DNA from: Camelus ferus
Taxonomy: Eukaryota
Length of the DNA stretch: 64,000 nucleotides
NCBI RefSeq assembly: GCF_009834535.1
Contig: NC_045696.1
Location: forward strand, 27,778,001-27,842,000
Direction of reading: 5' to 3'
Shown: one piece after another, positions 35,984 to 50,600 of the stretch
Layout: each line of letters starts with the position of its first letter
How positions within the stretch are numbered: position 1 is the stretch's first letter
The notes under the pieces: model-generated
Database searches by the model: none
What the model was told of the DNA's origin: nothing
What the model saw: only the letters and a program-made list of their open reading frames with translations
Made by a program: the position numbers and the translations under genes

Positions 35984-37074
35984 GTTTAAGCCGGTTAGTT
36001 TGGTCCATTTGCAATAGAGTGTTCTTGGATGCATGCATATAAATCTCCCTGGGCTACAATGCAGCTAGAGAAGGCTTTCTGGCTGGATGAATAGTTAAAT
36101 GATACTTTCTAAACACTGGTAAAATATAATCAGATGTATCTAAGTAAATAAATAAACACACACACACACATATAATATGTAATATAATCATATTTATCCA
36201 AGTATTTATTTTTAACATAAAAGAAAGAATAATATTTCATAGGAAACAGTTTGTATCATTCACTCAAAATACTTACCACTATTATTATAATATGACCCTT
36301 TATATTAACATTTAAATTGCTATGGAAATCATGGAGTTTTAGATCAAGAAGAAATAATATTATCATGCCATAGCCAAATATCTTACCAGTTTTATTATTT
36401 AGCAGCAGGTAGGAAAGTAAGCTGTAAACATACGTGTTTTCAAAACAAATTACTAGGCTGTTGTGTGTCATGCAGTCTTTATTTCACCTCATCTCTGAGG
36501 AAAACTCAACATGTGTAAACAAACTATTACTAGAATTTATTATTAGGAAGCAAATATATGACCAGATCTGTCAAGGTTATTCTTATTTTTCAGGTCCCTT
36601 CAGTGTCCTTTTGTTCATAAGCACTGGTCCTCCTTCAAATAATTCAACACTGGGAATAGCCTCTTTTTTCTTGTTGCTAACACTGCAGCTGGCTCAGATA
36701 CAGAACAGACCAAATCAACTAATCCAACTGATGGTTGAAGCTCTTGCCATAATAAAGTGGCTTAAATAAATTTTGCAAATGAAAAATGTGAGGACATTCA
36801 AAAGAGAACTGCTGGTGGCAACTATTACTTCTTAAATGTATATCGCACAATTTCCCTCTGCCTACAATGGCTTCCCCCTCTTTCCTGCCCAGCAAACTCT
36901 TATGGATCCTTTAAGTTACTGCTTTAAGTTACCGATTGCCTCCCACACAAAACTTTCTTAACTCTCATGAAGAACTAGTCCCTTCCTCCTCAGTGAGACT
37001 ACAGTGCTATGTATGTAAGTATGCATGCATGTATTTATGTATAGCTTTTACGATTCTACCACTAGTTTCATCGG

Positions 37075-37300
37075 GGTTATAGGAGTTTGAGTTTAGCAGA
37101 TAAAAACTACTATATACAAAATAAACAAGGATCTACTGTATAGCACAGGGAGCTGTAATCAATTTTTTGTAATGAGCCTTAATAGAAAAGAAACTGAAAA
37201 AAAAATATTAGTATGCATATGTGTAACTGAATCACTTTGCTGTACACCTGAAACTAACACTGTAAATTGATTACATTTCAATAAAAAATAAGAATAAAAA
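37075..37300 (+). mobile_element. 5'-truncated cetartiodactyl L1 3' end (different subfamily from the 5.3-kb and 20.1-kb copies)
   Basis: taggagtttgagtttagcaga...ctactgtatagcacaggga...aactgaatcactttgctgtacacctgaaactaacac...tcaataaaaaa. Confidence 0.88.
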
Positions 37301-38969
37301 GAAAGATTCTCAGCATTTGTAACAACATTCTGGTACACTGGAGTTACTAAATTAGTAATTGTTAAATTAATGGATGATTGAATAAGTAACAACTACACTT
37401 TAAGCCCTTAATTATCAAACTTTCAAAATTAATCATTTATGTTCCAATATATTTTGAAATATGGATTCTGGAATAAATTATCAAGTAAAAATGATGATAT
37501 GGAAATTTACCTAATATATAATACAGCAACCTAAGTATAAATGAGTGTGTGGAGCTGTATACACCTATAACTGCAATCAAGATGTTAAGGAATACAAAAA
37601 CAAATAGAAGACTGGATCTATTTTAAAAGAGCAAGTGTCTTAACATTCAAAAAGGATTTACTGAGCACCTGTAATATGCCATGCAGTTTAATGTGTACTG
37701 GGGAAAAGGAAAAAATGTATGAAAGCATAAAGAAGGAAGATTTCCAACATAAAAAAGTGAAGACATTACCTTTGGGATATACAGAATCTTTGCATCCAAT
37801 AGTTATTAGCTAATGAGAAAAACAGTGAGAGTTGTGAATGTAATTCTGCGATTACATTACTTAAAGATTAGGCAGGATCTACATTTACATGTTAAAAATC
37901 AAACACACTTAAGGCAGCACACACACACACACAGTGGGTAGATAAGCCCTCATTATCTACTTTCAAGACCCACAAGTCAAACAGAGAAAGATGGTTGAAA
38001 ATACAACTAACCACAGCTGTTCGGGGGAAGGGATCATGGTCTAAACTAGGATTACTATGGAAATGCGGAGTTAGGATTTCCTCCTACGTTACCATTACAT
38101 TTATTCACTGTCTTCTAATTTTAAATTTGGTTTTTGAATTGTTGTTTCAGAATATTCCAATTAGTAAAAGTAATACTCCAAACAATAGATTTTTTTAATA
38201 CCAAATGTCTAACGTAGGCATTCTTTCCTGAAATAGAAGTTAAGGCAATAGGTGGATACTGAGCTTCCGTGCTTGAAAAGCTTACATTGGTGGATATGCT
38301 GTTTTGGAGCAGAAAAGCTTTGATTAAAGTAAAATATAAGAATCTGTTTTGGGGGTAACATGAAAGCTATAAGAAATTCATTAAAAGCAATATATGCATT
38401 TCAAAATCAAAATGTATCTCTATGTTTTTTTGATATATTTTTTCTACTTCACATATTTTAAAATCAGATGTTGGGAATACTTTCTTATCTTTTTAAAATT
38501 AAGACAAATTTAAAAATGCAGTAAATGGGGTGACTGTGAAAAATAACATGTTCCTGGAAAAAAAATAAACATTTTATGCAACATATGGAAATTTATATTG
38601 TGATGTTCTGTGCTCAATTTTTAATTTTTAATTTAATCTAAAGTTAATTAGACTGAATTTTAGTGCATTTAATAACATCAGGTGTATTGCTAATAAATAC
38701 CTTACATTGCTTTGCACTCTATTTAAATTGATAATAACTAAATTTGTTCAATTTTATGCAGTTGAGAGAAAAGTCATTGCACTTATTCATATACGTAGGT
38801 AACTTTGTGCAGTTGTCAGAGGAAGCAAACATCTTTTTTTGCAGGTAATGAAACTGAACCTTGGAAATATCGAGGAAGAGGCCCATGGTAATATGTTTCA
38901 AGCCAATTAAGTTAAACTATTTTTGATGTATTTTTATGTGTATGGTATTTTTCTAGGCAACAAACTGGG

Positions 38970-39790
38970 ACCATTCATCCATTTGTTCAGTGTTTATTTA
39001 AGAAATAGTGAGCCCTGAGTATATTTGACCCTGCCACTGTGCTGGAAATTCAAAGGTGAACAAGGGTTTTTTCAAGGAGTCAGTGGTCTAGAGGTAGAGA
39101 CATACACGTGAAGCAAAAAATTCAATAAAATATGGTAGGTGCTAAGATAAAAATAGTTGGTGTGCAATGGGGAATACACTTAGCTTAACATAGTTATTCA
39201 GGGAGGATTTTCTGTGGGTGATGAACTCTTAACCAAGTTTTGAAGGTAGCGTAACAGTGAAGAAAAGAGAAAAGGACCCTCAGGATACAGGGTGCAGGAT
39301 GAGCCAGTGTGCATGAGCCCCCAAAATGGAACCCTTTCTTTACCCACCCAATGGTTCATTCAACCAAGATGTTTTTGTACCAGTGACTGATGGAAGTGAG
39401 TGATACAGGTAAGATGCTGCTTTCACAGAACTTTCATGGTGGGAAACAGTAAAATCAAAGTCCAGGAAAGATAGGATGAGCACCTGAACAGAAGTGACAG
39501 AAGAAGTGGGAGACATGGGATGAATTTGAAAAATATTTAGGAAGTGAAATTTGTAGGTCTCTTGACTGACTGGGTCTGTGGGAAAAGGGAAACAATGAGA
39601 ATTCAAAGATCACAGGCTTCTGGCTCAGAGAATTTGGTAGATGTGTTACTAAGTTTATTAGTTGAGATCTGGCATAAGATGAGGTCAATTTTAGATACTG
39701 AGTTTTTGCTGTGCCTCAAGAGGATAAGGACAGCAGACAGAAAGATATATAATTCAGCTATTAAGAGGAAGAACAAAGGATAAAGTGTAG
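38970..39790 (-). mobile_element. L2 fragment including the 3' end
   Basis: cattcatccatttgttca; tcaaggagtcagtggtctagagg; gaatttgaaaaatatttaggaag; gaattcaaagatcac-like segment; ttttagatactgagttt. Confidence 0.75.
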
Positions 39791-42700
39791 ACCTTTGGCA
39801 CTAGAGTCCTTTGGTCTTTCCATAATTTAAGACAGCACCTCTGCACAAGGGAGGATATCATTGAAGAATGGAGAATAATTAACTAATAATTAAAATTTCA
39901 AAAAAAATGTAATTATACACATGTGAGACAGCCTAGGTTGATTAGAGTATTTTCGTATTATTTCTAAAGGGAAACTGATACACAACTCAGCCAGAAAGGA
40001 ACAGAAATAACCTTGTGAAAATTAGAAATCTTAAACATGTGTCTTTTTGTACCTACGTACACTTGGTGCCTTGTGAATAAGTTCCAGGGTAATTCTAAAT
40101 AACTCTTCATACCCAACTAACAAGTACATGCCTCAATTCCTTTTCAGACTTCAAAAATTCTGTTTCCTTTAATGTGTCTCAAGAATCTGTACTGTATTTT
40201 TCACTTATTTCCATCTCAGAGTCCTAACAATATGGATTAAATAAAATAATACGGTTCAGTATATCAAATGTTTTCAGGCTTGATCTAATTACCTCAGGGA
40301 TATGAAGAAAGTTTAGATTTTATGTTTTAAGAAAATTGCAGGATTGCTCTTTTTTTCTCTCCCACATTCCCATTCAATCTGCTAGCTCTGAGTAGGCATT
40401 CTTCTCACTTTCAAAGAGTGGGTGTCCAAGAGGGTCCACATTTATCCATGAGTTATGAAAGGGGCATCCTGCTCTGAAGTTCCAGAATACTGATGAGGGT
40501 TCTTTCATGTGATACATCCACCAACACACACCCACACATACACAGTTGGGATCACATTTGGAATAAATATTTCTCTTGAATTTACCCAATTTGCTGCTCT
40601 AAATCTGTGAATGTTCTTTATTTTCTAGTTTGTGATGAACTGAAGGCTTGAGAATAGTGAAAAAAAAAGTGTTGAAAAAATACTCAGAACAAGTGTCCAT
40701 TTCTTCTTGGTATGGATAATCATTGCCCAAAGGTAATATGATAACATGAAATATTTCTTGAATGTATCTTTTAAAAGGCCATGGGTTAATAATATAGGAA
40801 CTATTCTTTATTATTTAAAATAAATGTATGTTTATAGTAAAAAGTACTTTGTGGTATAAAATACTAACCTATGTCTCAATTTTGGTAATTGTTGTAAAAT
40901 AGTTGCTTCATAAAGGTTAACTGAGAGAAAAATAGTGAACAAGTTTTGAAAGTGTAATTTTAAGTTAAAATTGACATAAAAATACTATCAAGCTAAGTAT
41001 AAAATTAACAAAATCTAACAAACAGTTTAGTTATTTTTATAAGAAAGTCTGTATTTGATTGAAAGGAGATTGTGAGTAAAGAAAATGTATTAATATGGTG
41101 ATTGATTAATCTTCTGAATTTATGAGTCTTTATTTGTAATAAAAATAAGGTGATAAAAAAGTGAAGCCATGGATAAAGGGAATAAAATTAACTTCTAACT
41201 TAATTATTAGAATAGTTACAATAGGTGAGAAAGTAAAGCTTTAAAAAAGAACTCTTTACTCATGTATTTTGCTACATAAGTTTGTTTCATGTTATTCCCA
41301 TTTTTTAAAATATTTCCCATGCCTACTTATATCTATAAAGCTCGTTTCACTAGTTGGTTTGATTTTTAGGTTATTATATTAGGTACTGTTGAATAACTGA
41401 ACATATTGAGAATTATATTTTAACATTCCTAGTGATTTATAAATCAATATGTTATTCAAATACATTTATTCAAAAAGCCTATGTATGGCTAACTGATTAA
41501 AGCTACTCAAAGGTAATATTTTAGCTACAAGAAAACCGGCAAGGGGGAGAAGAGTTATTAAATCTCACACTCACTTGACTTAAAAATCTATAGCCCCCTT
41601 GGAAGGACATGAAATTGTGGAAAGCAAACCAACTTCGGCAGTGTTTTTCTTACCATATTGCCTGCACCTGTATATGATTGTAATTTCCCAAAGCATTACT
41701 AAATAGGTCAAAGGTTGCAGAGTTACTTCGCACAGAATAGCCCTTTAAACCCAGAAAACTAGTGTCTCATTTTAACCATACACTTAAATCTGTGCCTAAA
41801 ATTAGAAATGCAAGGAATGTGTTCTGGCCCCTTCGTGATCATCTCTTGTCTGGTACCCAGAGGCATGAAAGAATTCTTGATCATGGGACCATTCAAGAAA
41901 GCTGTGCAATAAAACAGGAAGCAGGGCCAAGGAGACATATCAAAGCCTTGGATTTTTCCTTAGCTCTGCAGACATTTTGTGAAATTCATCCTAAGGGAGA
42001 GGATACAGGAAATTGGGTAATATTTTGCAAAGACCATTACAGCCTTGTGTCTCTCAATAACCTAACACATATAAGGCCTAAAATTCCAAGAAGTCAGATA
42101 ATATAAACTTAATATACTGGATCTTTGAGACAAATGTGTAAATATGTTTAAATTTCATTATTCATAGTGGTTTACCATAAGATATTAACATTTGGTAACA
42201 TAACTTTATGAAATACAAAAAAATGAAGGACAGACAAGGTGAAGGAAGAGGTTAGACATAATGAAAAAATATGACAAAGGGAGGGACAGCATGCCAATTT
42301 CATTTGCATTATTTGTGGATGATTTTGGCAAGTGATTTCAATGTTAGCGATGTCTAAAATTGTAAGTTGTGGATACCTAAGCATAAAAGCTACAGCCTCC
42401 AAAATATAAATAAAGTAATCAACTATGAAAGAGTTGAATCCACAAGCAAGCCCCAAAGTGAACATTCTTTACTTCCCAGGGACACCTTCCTGCAAATGTC
42501 TAATAATTTTCTCTACTTTATTGATATTTTGAAGAAATTGTTCATGGAAACACAGCTATACTCAATTTTTCCCCTTGTATTAAATGCTACACAGAAGCAG
42601 AGGAAAATCAGGTTCAACAGCAAAGAACTGGAAGCTTATTTATACTTGTAGTAAAACCCCCTGGACTCATGCACACCGACCTCAATTACTCATCTGGATT

Positions 42701-45539
42701 TAAACTCATGTGTTTGTTCCGGAGCTGTGGAGAAACAGGATGGAGGTACGAGAAATGAATGGGTTTTAAACTCAAAAGAGGCATTTCCAAAAGGCTGCCC
42801 AAGGAAGAAATGTGGGATCACAAAATGAATACGTATAAACATATATAATATTTACAGTGTAATAATAATAATAATACCACAACCTATACCTGAACAGAAA
42901 GTAATTAGAGTTGATCATCATTTTATAAATTCCAGATAAACATAAGGATTTCATTATCTGGTACGTAACTTTTCAAATCCACAAAACTTACAAAGATGGG
43001 TAGAAACCATTTTATACTCTGCTATATAAAGTTCAACCACAATGAACACAAAACAGTAAGTTACTTTTCTAAACATTTCTCCATCATCTTTTCCATGCAA
43101 GTAGTGACCTCACCGTCCATACATGTCCTTTTGCCTGCCAATTTTGGGAAGGTTTCCAGAGCACAATGAATTGCTCAATCCTATAAAAATTTAGCATTAT
43201 GACAGCATGTAACAATAACACTAAGTTCTTCGGTTTGTTGATGAGGATGCATAAGAGACTGGTTTGACATCTGAATTAAATTATATACATAAGAATTTTG
43301 AAATATTTTGAACTTATGTAGTTTTGCTCTTCATTGCAGATGTATCTGCTGTCCTGTGTCTAGGAGGCTGACATTCAATCTGATAGCATAACCAATCAAT
43401 CTCTCTGCTTTGGCTATTGCCTGGGCAACAAGAATAGTTTGAATCACAGATGGCACATGAGGCCATATAGTCATCCCCAGATATATGCAAACTATGTGAT
43501 CCTCCTTTCCTTTTATCACTGTATAGTCCCATGTCGATGAAGATACTGAAAAATGCTAACACAAGCATTGAAAGAACGCACCAGTCATTTGCATTTCCAT
43601 TCACAAGTGTGTTTTCCAGGCTCTAGAGAAATGAGAAACACAATGACTAAATAGTTACCCTGTCTTCCAGGTGGTTCCCCTTTAATTATTATGTGAGTGG
43701 TACCACCAAAATTTATGTTAACATATCTTATTCCAGTGTTTATGACCTATAATCTTGTTCACTTTTCATCTTTGCCTAGTTCAGTCCTCCCCAACCTCCC
43801 CTACTTCTAATTTTTATTCCTGCCCTTCTTACCTTCATTGTGTGGACTGAATTTCAAAAAAAAAAAAGGAAAAGTAAATTAAACATAGTAATATTTGATT
43901 TTGATCTACATGTTTCCATTTTGTTAACTTGTGTTAACTTCTGGGGTAGTGACTTTTACATTTCTCTGCAGTTATTATTTTTTGTCTTTTTTTGTACGTA
44001 GTCATGTTTTATACATATCGTTAATTCAAATTGAATTCAGATGGAAATAAATAAGAACACCTTTGTCATTCACCATGAAACAAAGGAACACCAAACTGTC
44101 TATTTTGTGTGTGCATGAGATGATATAATTAAATTATAGTACTTTTCTTAAAGATTCAGCTAACTCTATGTGATACGTTAATTTGATTTGTTTTTAAGAT
44201 TTCTAAGTAATTTTCATTGAAAATAAAAAAATCCTATATTGCTCAATTTTCAAACTTTGCACCTGTGAATAATAGGGGAAATAATAATAAAAAACCCTGC
44301 CATTTCCTTTTTCTGAGTGAAATGTTTAAAAGTCCTAAAAATACATTCCCCGATACTTGTAATTTACTATTATTACTCCACTTCTGAAAGTAAGGAAATC
44401 CTTTTGAATGACCTCAGTTTTTATTTTTTCTGAATGACCCACTTTAATGAGGTGTCATAATTCCAAAGGGTAAGGTTAACAACGATACTTTCAACTTTAA
44501 AGCATAAGGCACAGTTATAGCGACTAAATTAAAAAAAAAAAATAACAGTGCAACTCAACATTTCGCATTCTTACTTTAGAATACTTCAAACTGATGATTT
44601 CTTTTGATGTGTGTGTGTTTTGCTGTGTGTTTGTGTTTTCCTAATGGCAAACTTGAGAACAGAGTTTGCCTAGTTACAGTCTTGGATAGCAATCTGGAAA
44701 TGCTTGAAATCAAGGAGGCCAGATGCAGGAACACGGTTGAACAATCAATCTTTCCTTACTTTCAAAACCTCTGTTATTGGACCAGCTTCCTTAGTATTCT
44801 ACAGCTGCCCAGTAAAATGACCTCCCCCCTTCTGTTCCAATATCTATTACTATTACTAACGTTGAGTATTTTATTTCTCCTCACCTGTTATCATCCTTTC
44901 ACATCCCCACATTTTTTTCCCATTTCTACTCATTTTAGATAGCACTTCAAGTGTGTAGAACCCAAAGACAAAGAATTTGTGTTATTCTCGTTTGTATAGT
45001 AGAACCATTCTATTACACTAAAAGGAAATGCTTTATTAGTCTTTTTACTCTTTAGGAAATGATATTAAATTTTGACAAGGACATTTGATGCTGTGGTACT
45101 CGAATAGCAGACAACATGTGCCTTTCTATGAAATGCAAATTGGGATTCCTGGACTCTCGGTGGGTTTTGCTCTGATATGTAAGAGACTATGAAGAATAGT
45201 TACAAATATCGGAAAAGTCTAATTTAGTCCCTGTGAAATTATTTTCCTAGACAGTCAAAAACTCCCCCAGAATATAAATGTGGCCTATGGTAGAAGTTCA
45301 AAGATGTATTAAAAATGCTCTTCTTTGTTAAAACAATAATAAAAAATTAACATGCTACACCCTTTGGTAATAGTGTCACTGGTCTCAATTTCCAGATTAC
45401 ATCCTCAAGCAGATAAACTCTGTTTTTCATGTTCTGGTCTGGAATTTAATGAAGGCCATAATGCATTAAATAGCATTAAACCAGTAAAATATCACACAAG
45501 CCAGAATATGTGGGTGTGTGGGGCACGTACATGTATGCT

Positions 45540-45561
45540 TGTGTGTGTGTGTGTGTGTGTA

Positions 45562-45647
<86 letters not shown>

Positions 45648-45648
45648 A
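45540..45648. repeat. (TG)n(GA)n compound microsatellite
   Basis: Directly visible. Confidence 0.98.
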
Positions 45649-46239
45649 GGTTTGAAATTAGACTTGTTTTGAGGGTTTCTTCCATAGAGGGTAACTTCAA
45701 ACCAATGGCTGCATCTTAATTTTCCTGTAGATGAAATATTTTACCACTTTCACTGTCTCACTCCCGACATTCAGACACAGTTGTAGCTCCTCCCACCCAG
45801 GAAGATTTAAGCTTGGATTTGAACTGGGTGCTATGCTGGTACTGTGGATAATGCCACAGCTAAGCTGCCTAATTGATCTTTTATCTTTCTCTCAAGTCTC
45901 CTGGTAAAAAAATAATATAAATTTTATGTTGCAGTAACAACATGCAAAGAATAATGGTTATGACTGCAGGGGAAAAAAATTCCAGAACCACAGCTTATAG
46001 TTCATTTACAATTACTTACATCAGCTTGAACTTTTGTTTTATGACCTGTTAACCAAATAACATATTTTGTTAGAGTAAAATTGCTGACTGTTATCAAAGA
46101 GCATTGTAATAAGGAGTCTGTCATTTTCTCATTGGCTGAGGTTTCATTTTCCATCTATGTCCATCAGTGGGGAGAAATGCAATTTGAAGAGTTAAATGGT
46201 CTGAGGACACACATTAACAGCAGGACCAAAAGAATTTGT

Positions 46240-47640
46240 CACCAAAATTCTAATGGCATACTCAAGCAAGCAATTTCCTCCTGTGTTCCTCTGTTCCACA
46301 TCTAACTGTTTGCCTCCATTGTACTTGCGGTCTTGTAAGGACACAGACGTTGCTTCAAACCTGGTCCCTAATATACTCAAGTCCTTCTCTGCTATATCCT
46401 TAACATCAAATCTGCTCATCTCAATAGTATTTTCTTACTATACAGCCCAATATTTTATCCTTGACCCATTTATTTCAGGGGCACACATATTTAATCAGTC
46501 TTGATGTTCTTCCACATTGTCCTCTAGACATCTCTCTACCATAAACCCATTTGCTTACACACATTGTCAGGCTTTCTCTGGAATATTATCTTAATCTTTT
46601 CATTAACTAAAAACTGCTTCTTATTCAAAGAACAGCCGATTTAAAATCTTGTTAAAGAAAAAGCACTTCATTTTCTACACTCCTTGGCTCTCGGTCCTGG
46701 TAGGTAGGGGCCATACTCTGTTTCAGGCTCCTATTTCTAGAGCAGTAGCTTTCCACCTTTATCCAAAGAACTTTTCTTTTGTGATGTACATCCCATCCAA
46801 TTAAACCACTTTTCCTCCATGATTTTTTTCCTGGTCACTCCCCAGATTAACAAGAGATATTAATCTATTCTATTTATTCCCTGCCGTTATCCTGGGGTAT
46901 TTCAATATCCACGTAGAAAAGCTATCTATGACCCTGGCCTCTGAGTTCCAAAACATATGAGCCTAAACTAAATTTCAACTTTGTCATGAGATGTAATTTC
47001 ATCTTATCTAAATTCTGTGATCTCGATATATTGGTTTGTTATTCCATATTGATTGCGAATTTTGTCCACAATGAAAATTGAGCTCCTGACTCAAACTTCT
47101 CCCAATTAATTCATTTCAAAGTTTCACTGAACCAAAACACTGCTTAGCAATCCTTTGAATTTTTCTCTGGCTTCTTTCTTTTGCATTATCTATGGCAGAA
47201 ACTTGCACCATGTTGGCACCTAATGGGTACCTAATCACAGTATACTGAGATTTTCAAAATGTAATCCATATTAAATTTTGCCTCCTTCTCTACATCCCTG
47301 TGATGTTTTCCAGCTTCCATATTATTTCTTAAATGTGCCAGACAATCTTCCACTTCTTTGCCTGCTAACCTCCAAACTCATCTTCCCAAACCCATCTTAA
47401 GCCTATCCCTTTAATTATGACTCTCCCAAGGACTTGGTACTTCTTGAACCATTTAACAGATATGGTCATTTCTCTAATCATGCAGTCTCCCATACCCCCA
47501 ACTCTTCAGGATCCCCCAGTGGAATGTAAACCCTCAATGACAAGGACAATTTTAGTCACATTTATATATTTAGTGTCTAGCACAGCATCATGCTTATTGT
47601 AGGCTGTAAATATATTATTGCTACCTAAATGCTTGTGAAT
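46240..47640 (+). mobile_element. Patchy L2 fragments
   Basis: ccctgccgttatcctggggtatttcaatatccacgtagaa...accctggcctctgagttcc (L2 ORF2-like); ggaatgtaaaccctcaatgacaaggac...tagtgtctagcacagca (L2 3' end). Confidence 0.6.
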
Positions 47641-50600
47641 TCTGGTCACTTTTGGATAGACTATCATAAACCTTCAGAAATATTGTTGGGTATTAAAATG
47701 AACTGGACTCTCTACAATTATACATATTCCTATGATAGCTGGCTGCAAGTGACAGCAAGTTCCACCTGGAACTCAGAAATCTAATCAGTATGTCAAACAT
47801 TTGGAGACAGGGCCAGATACTTATCTACCCTGCAAAGCTGATATTGGCCCATTAAGAATAGCTGATTCTGAGTTTTCATTTTCTTGGATTCAGAACTGTA
47901 TATAAAGAACAAATTGTGATCTTTTAAACTGAAATTCAAAACTGTGATATAAGAAAAGAGTTCAGCTAATTTGGGGCTGAGCATCCCTATGTATCCTGGT
48001 GCCTTGAAAAGTGATTATCATTAAATAGTTCTTTAAAAATAAGACTGAATGAAAAAGTTGAATAGTCAGCACCAGACTTTAAAAGGTATCATTCCCTTGA
48101 AATTAGTAGAGCTATTTTAGTTGCCATGGTCATATAGTTATTATTACAACCAATAAGATAGCAAGCATGTCAAGCTAATTCAGAAGAAAAAAGAGAACCA
48201 GCCAGTTTGGCTCTTTTAATGAGGTGAAACCCTTTTTTCACCCACTCTCACAAAACAATAATAAAAAGAACAAAATCCTCAAAATCTAAAGTCTATGGAT
48301 TTGATGGGTTTAGGTAAAGGTGAACTTAATATTGCATATGTCTGAATAACATTTCATATTTTAAAATCAAAACTGTTTTGGTGACATTTGTATACAGAGG
48401 GATGAAAAATAGAAAATGAGGTTGACAAAAAGACACAAGGGGGTATGAAATCCATACTTGCAAATTCGGTAGCTATGACTGAACATCAGACCTTTTGGAA
48501 ATCAAGTTGAAGAATGGAATTGTAATATTTTCAAACTCATTCTAGGGGGTGGGGTGGGGTAAATAAAGGTCCCTCCAATAAAGCTGTGTCAAGAATTTCT
48601 TATGAGAAGCCTTGCATAAGGCACATGAATGTGGACATAGATACATTTATTTGTTACTTCATTTGAAAGTTAAAATGAAACCCAATGATGCATCAATAAT
48701 TAATTTTCCTTAGACTAGAGAGCAGAATATATGGAAATGAACCATCTTTGATATATTTTCACATTTACGGCAGCACAGTTGGACCAGTTACCAGATCTAC
48801 AAGATTTAAATGATTAAAGATAACATTCTATGTGTAGACTTAGCAATAAAATTGCAATTTGAAGATGCCATTTAGTTTCTAGAGGAAGAGAAACATTGAC
48901 TCATTGGAATCACCTGGTGTCCATCAATTGCTGAAACAAGACTTAATGTTTGTCTCTCACTTGCTCAGTCCTGGACAGGTTCCGTGGGGTGCTAAGGAAG
49001 CAGAAGTTATATAGATTTCCAATTGAAATGGATCTACCTTATTTTAAAGAGATTTAAAGAGATTAGTTTAGTTGCAGGTCAAATTTCCACTTGGAGTTTA
49101 AGTTACACCAGAAGAGACAATGGGCCATGGGGGGATATTGGTCTCTTTTGAGAGAGGCTTTAACTTCTAAAGGGGGTTCAGAAACTGATGTTACGTGCTT
49201 ATGGAATCACTGACTTTGAATCAGAACCGTATCTGCCATAGTCTTTGTCCTGGTCATCATTCCCCATTTTTTATAGCTACTCCAAAAGGTGCTCAAATGT
49301 AAAACACTACATACTCTTTTTGGTACATCTAATTTTATGAAAACTAGTTTTTGAAGCCATGTGTTTACAACAGGAGAATGGAAAATGTTATGTTATCATA
49401 GCACTTGAATGTAAGTTTAAATTTTAAGATTCACAAAATCTCCAAGTCTAACCTTCAGTTCTGCTCTGGCTTTCACAAGTTTGCTTTTGATTTCTTTATT
49501 TTTAAATAAAAGATGTGGTTGGCATTCAGTTGAAATGCTCACATTTACTTCTCCTTCCTCTGGAAAACTAAGCAGATAGCCTAATTACACATTTTTTAGG
49601 AACTGCATAAAGTATAAACATTCAAAATAAACTGTTGGAAATATTCACTTGAACTCAGTTTCCTTTTAAGCAGTCTAGTTTAGCCCAGTGCTCTTCAATG
49701 GGTCATTTGTTATGTCAACCCACTATAGAGGACATCAAAGGAGCTTGTCACTAATTGATTACATTTCTCTACCACCATGATTCACAACACTATAGGGACA
49801 ATTACATAACTGTTTGACCTTCGCAAAACTGTGAGTTTAACTAAACACAATTCTTTGTTATTATGATCTCTAATGGGCATATGCAAGTTAAGTATCATAG
49901 TATATAACTAGATTTTACAACATTGTCTATTCAACTTGTGACTCACAAAGATCCCTCTTTTGTGGCAACTGGAGTTCTGGGGAACAGCTGCTGATCTCAT
50001 ACTGAAATTAAAAACATTTGAGTTGTTTTGATTTATGTTAGCTCCCATGGGAAGAGAGAAATGAAAAATGGATGCTTCATGTAAACAAAATACCATTTCT
50101 CCAAGCTGTATGAAGAAATTTTCCTAAATATACTGAAATATTTTTTATTGAAATATGGTGAGAACACATTACTATATTGTCAGAAGGGAGGATGACTAAC
50201 AATATTCTAATAAATGAACCGCTAGGATTTTTCTTTAATTAGCAGTGTTCTGAAGGTGCAACTTTATCATCCCAACTCTAAAACCCAAGTCTGAGTATTG
50301 TACGATGTCGTAATGAAATGCAACCACCGATGAAGATCATTAAAATGTTACAGTCTTAGGAGAGCCTAAGAAAATCAGTTTCTCTTTTCTAGAGAAGTTC
50401 TCAAAATAAAGTCGAATGTCTTATGACTTCAGCGTTTCACGGTATGTGAAATCAATTGTACCAGGATGAGTGAGAAAGAAATATTGTTCTCATATTGATA
50501 ACTGTTAAATTAAATTCACTAATGTAGACTTCTGTTTAATGTAGACTATTTTTTAAAATGTCAGCTTACTTTATATACCTCTTGGTGGGGTGAAGCAGGT

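Noticed and set aside
43314..43604. 96-aa Cys-rich minus-strand ORF and a + strand acceptor near 43339
   Set aside because: No recognisable domain, and the + strand frames close quickly.
48120..48133. RFX X-box-like gttgccatggtcat
   Set aside because: The second half-site is poor and it is a single motif with no supporting context.
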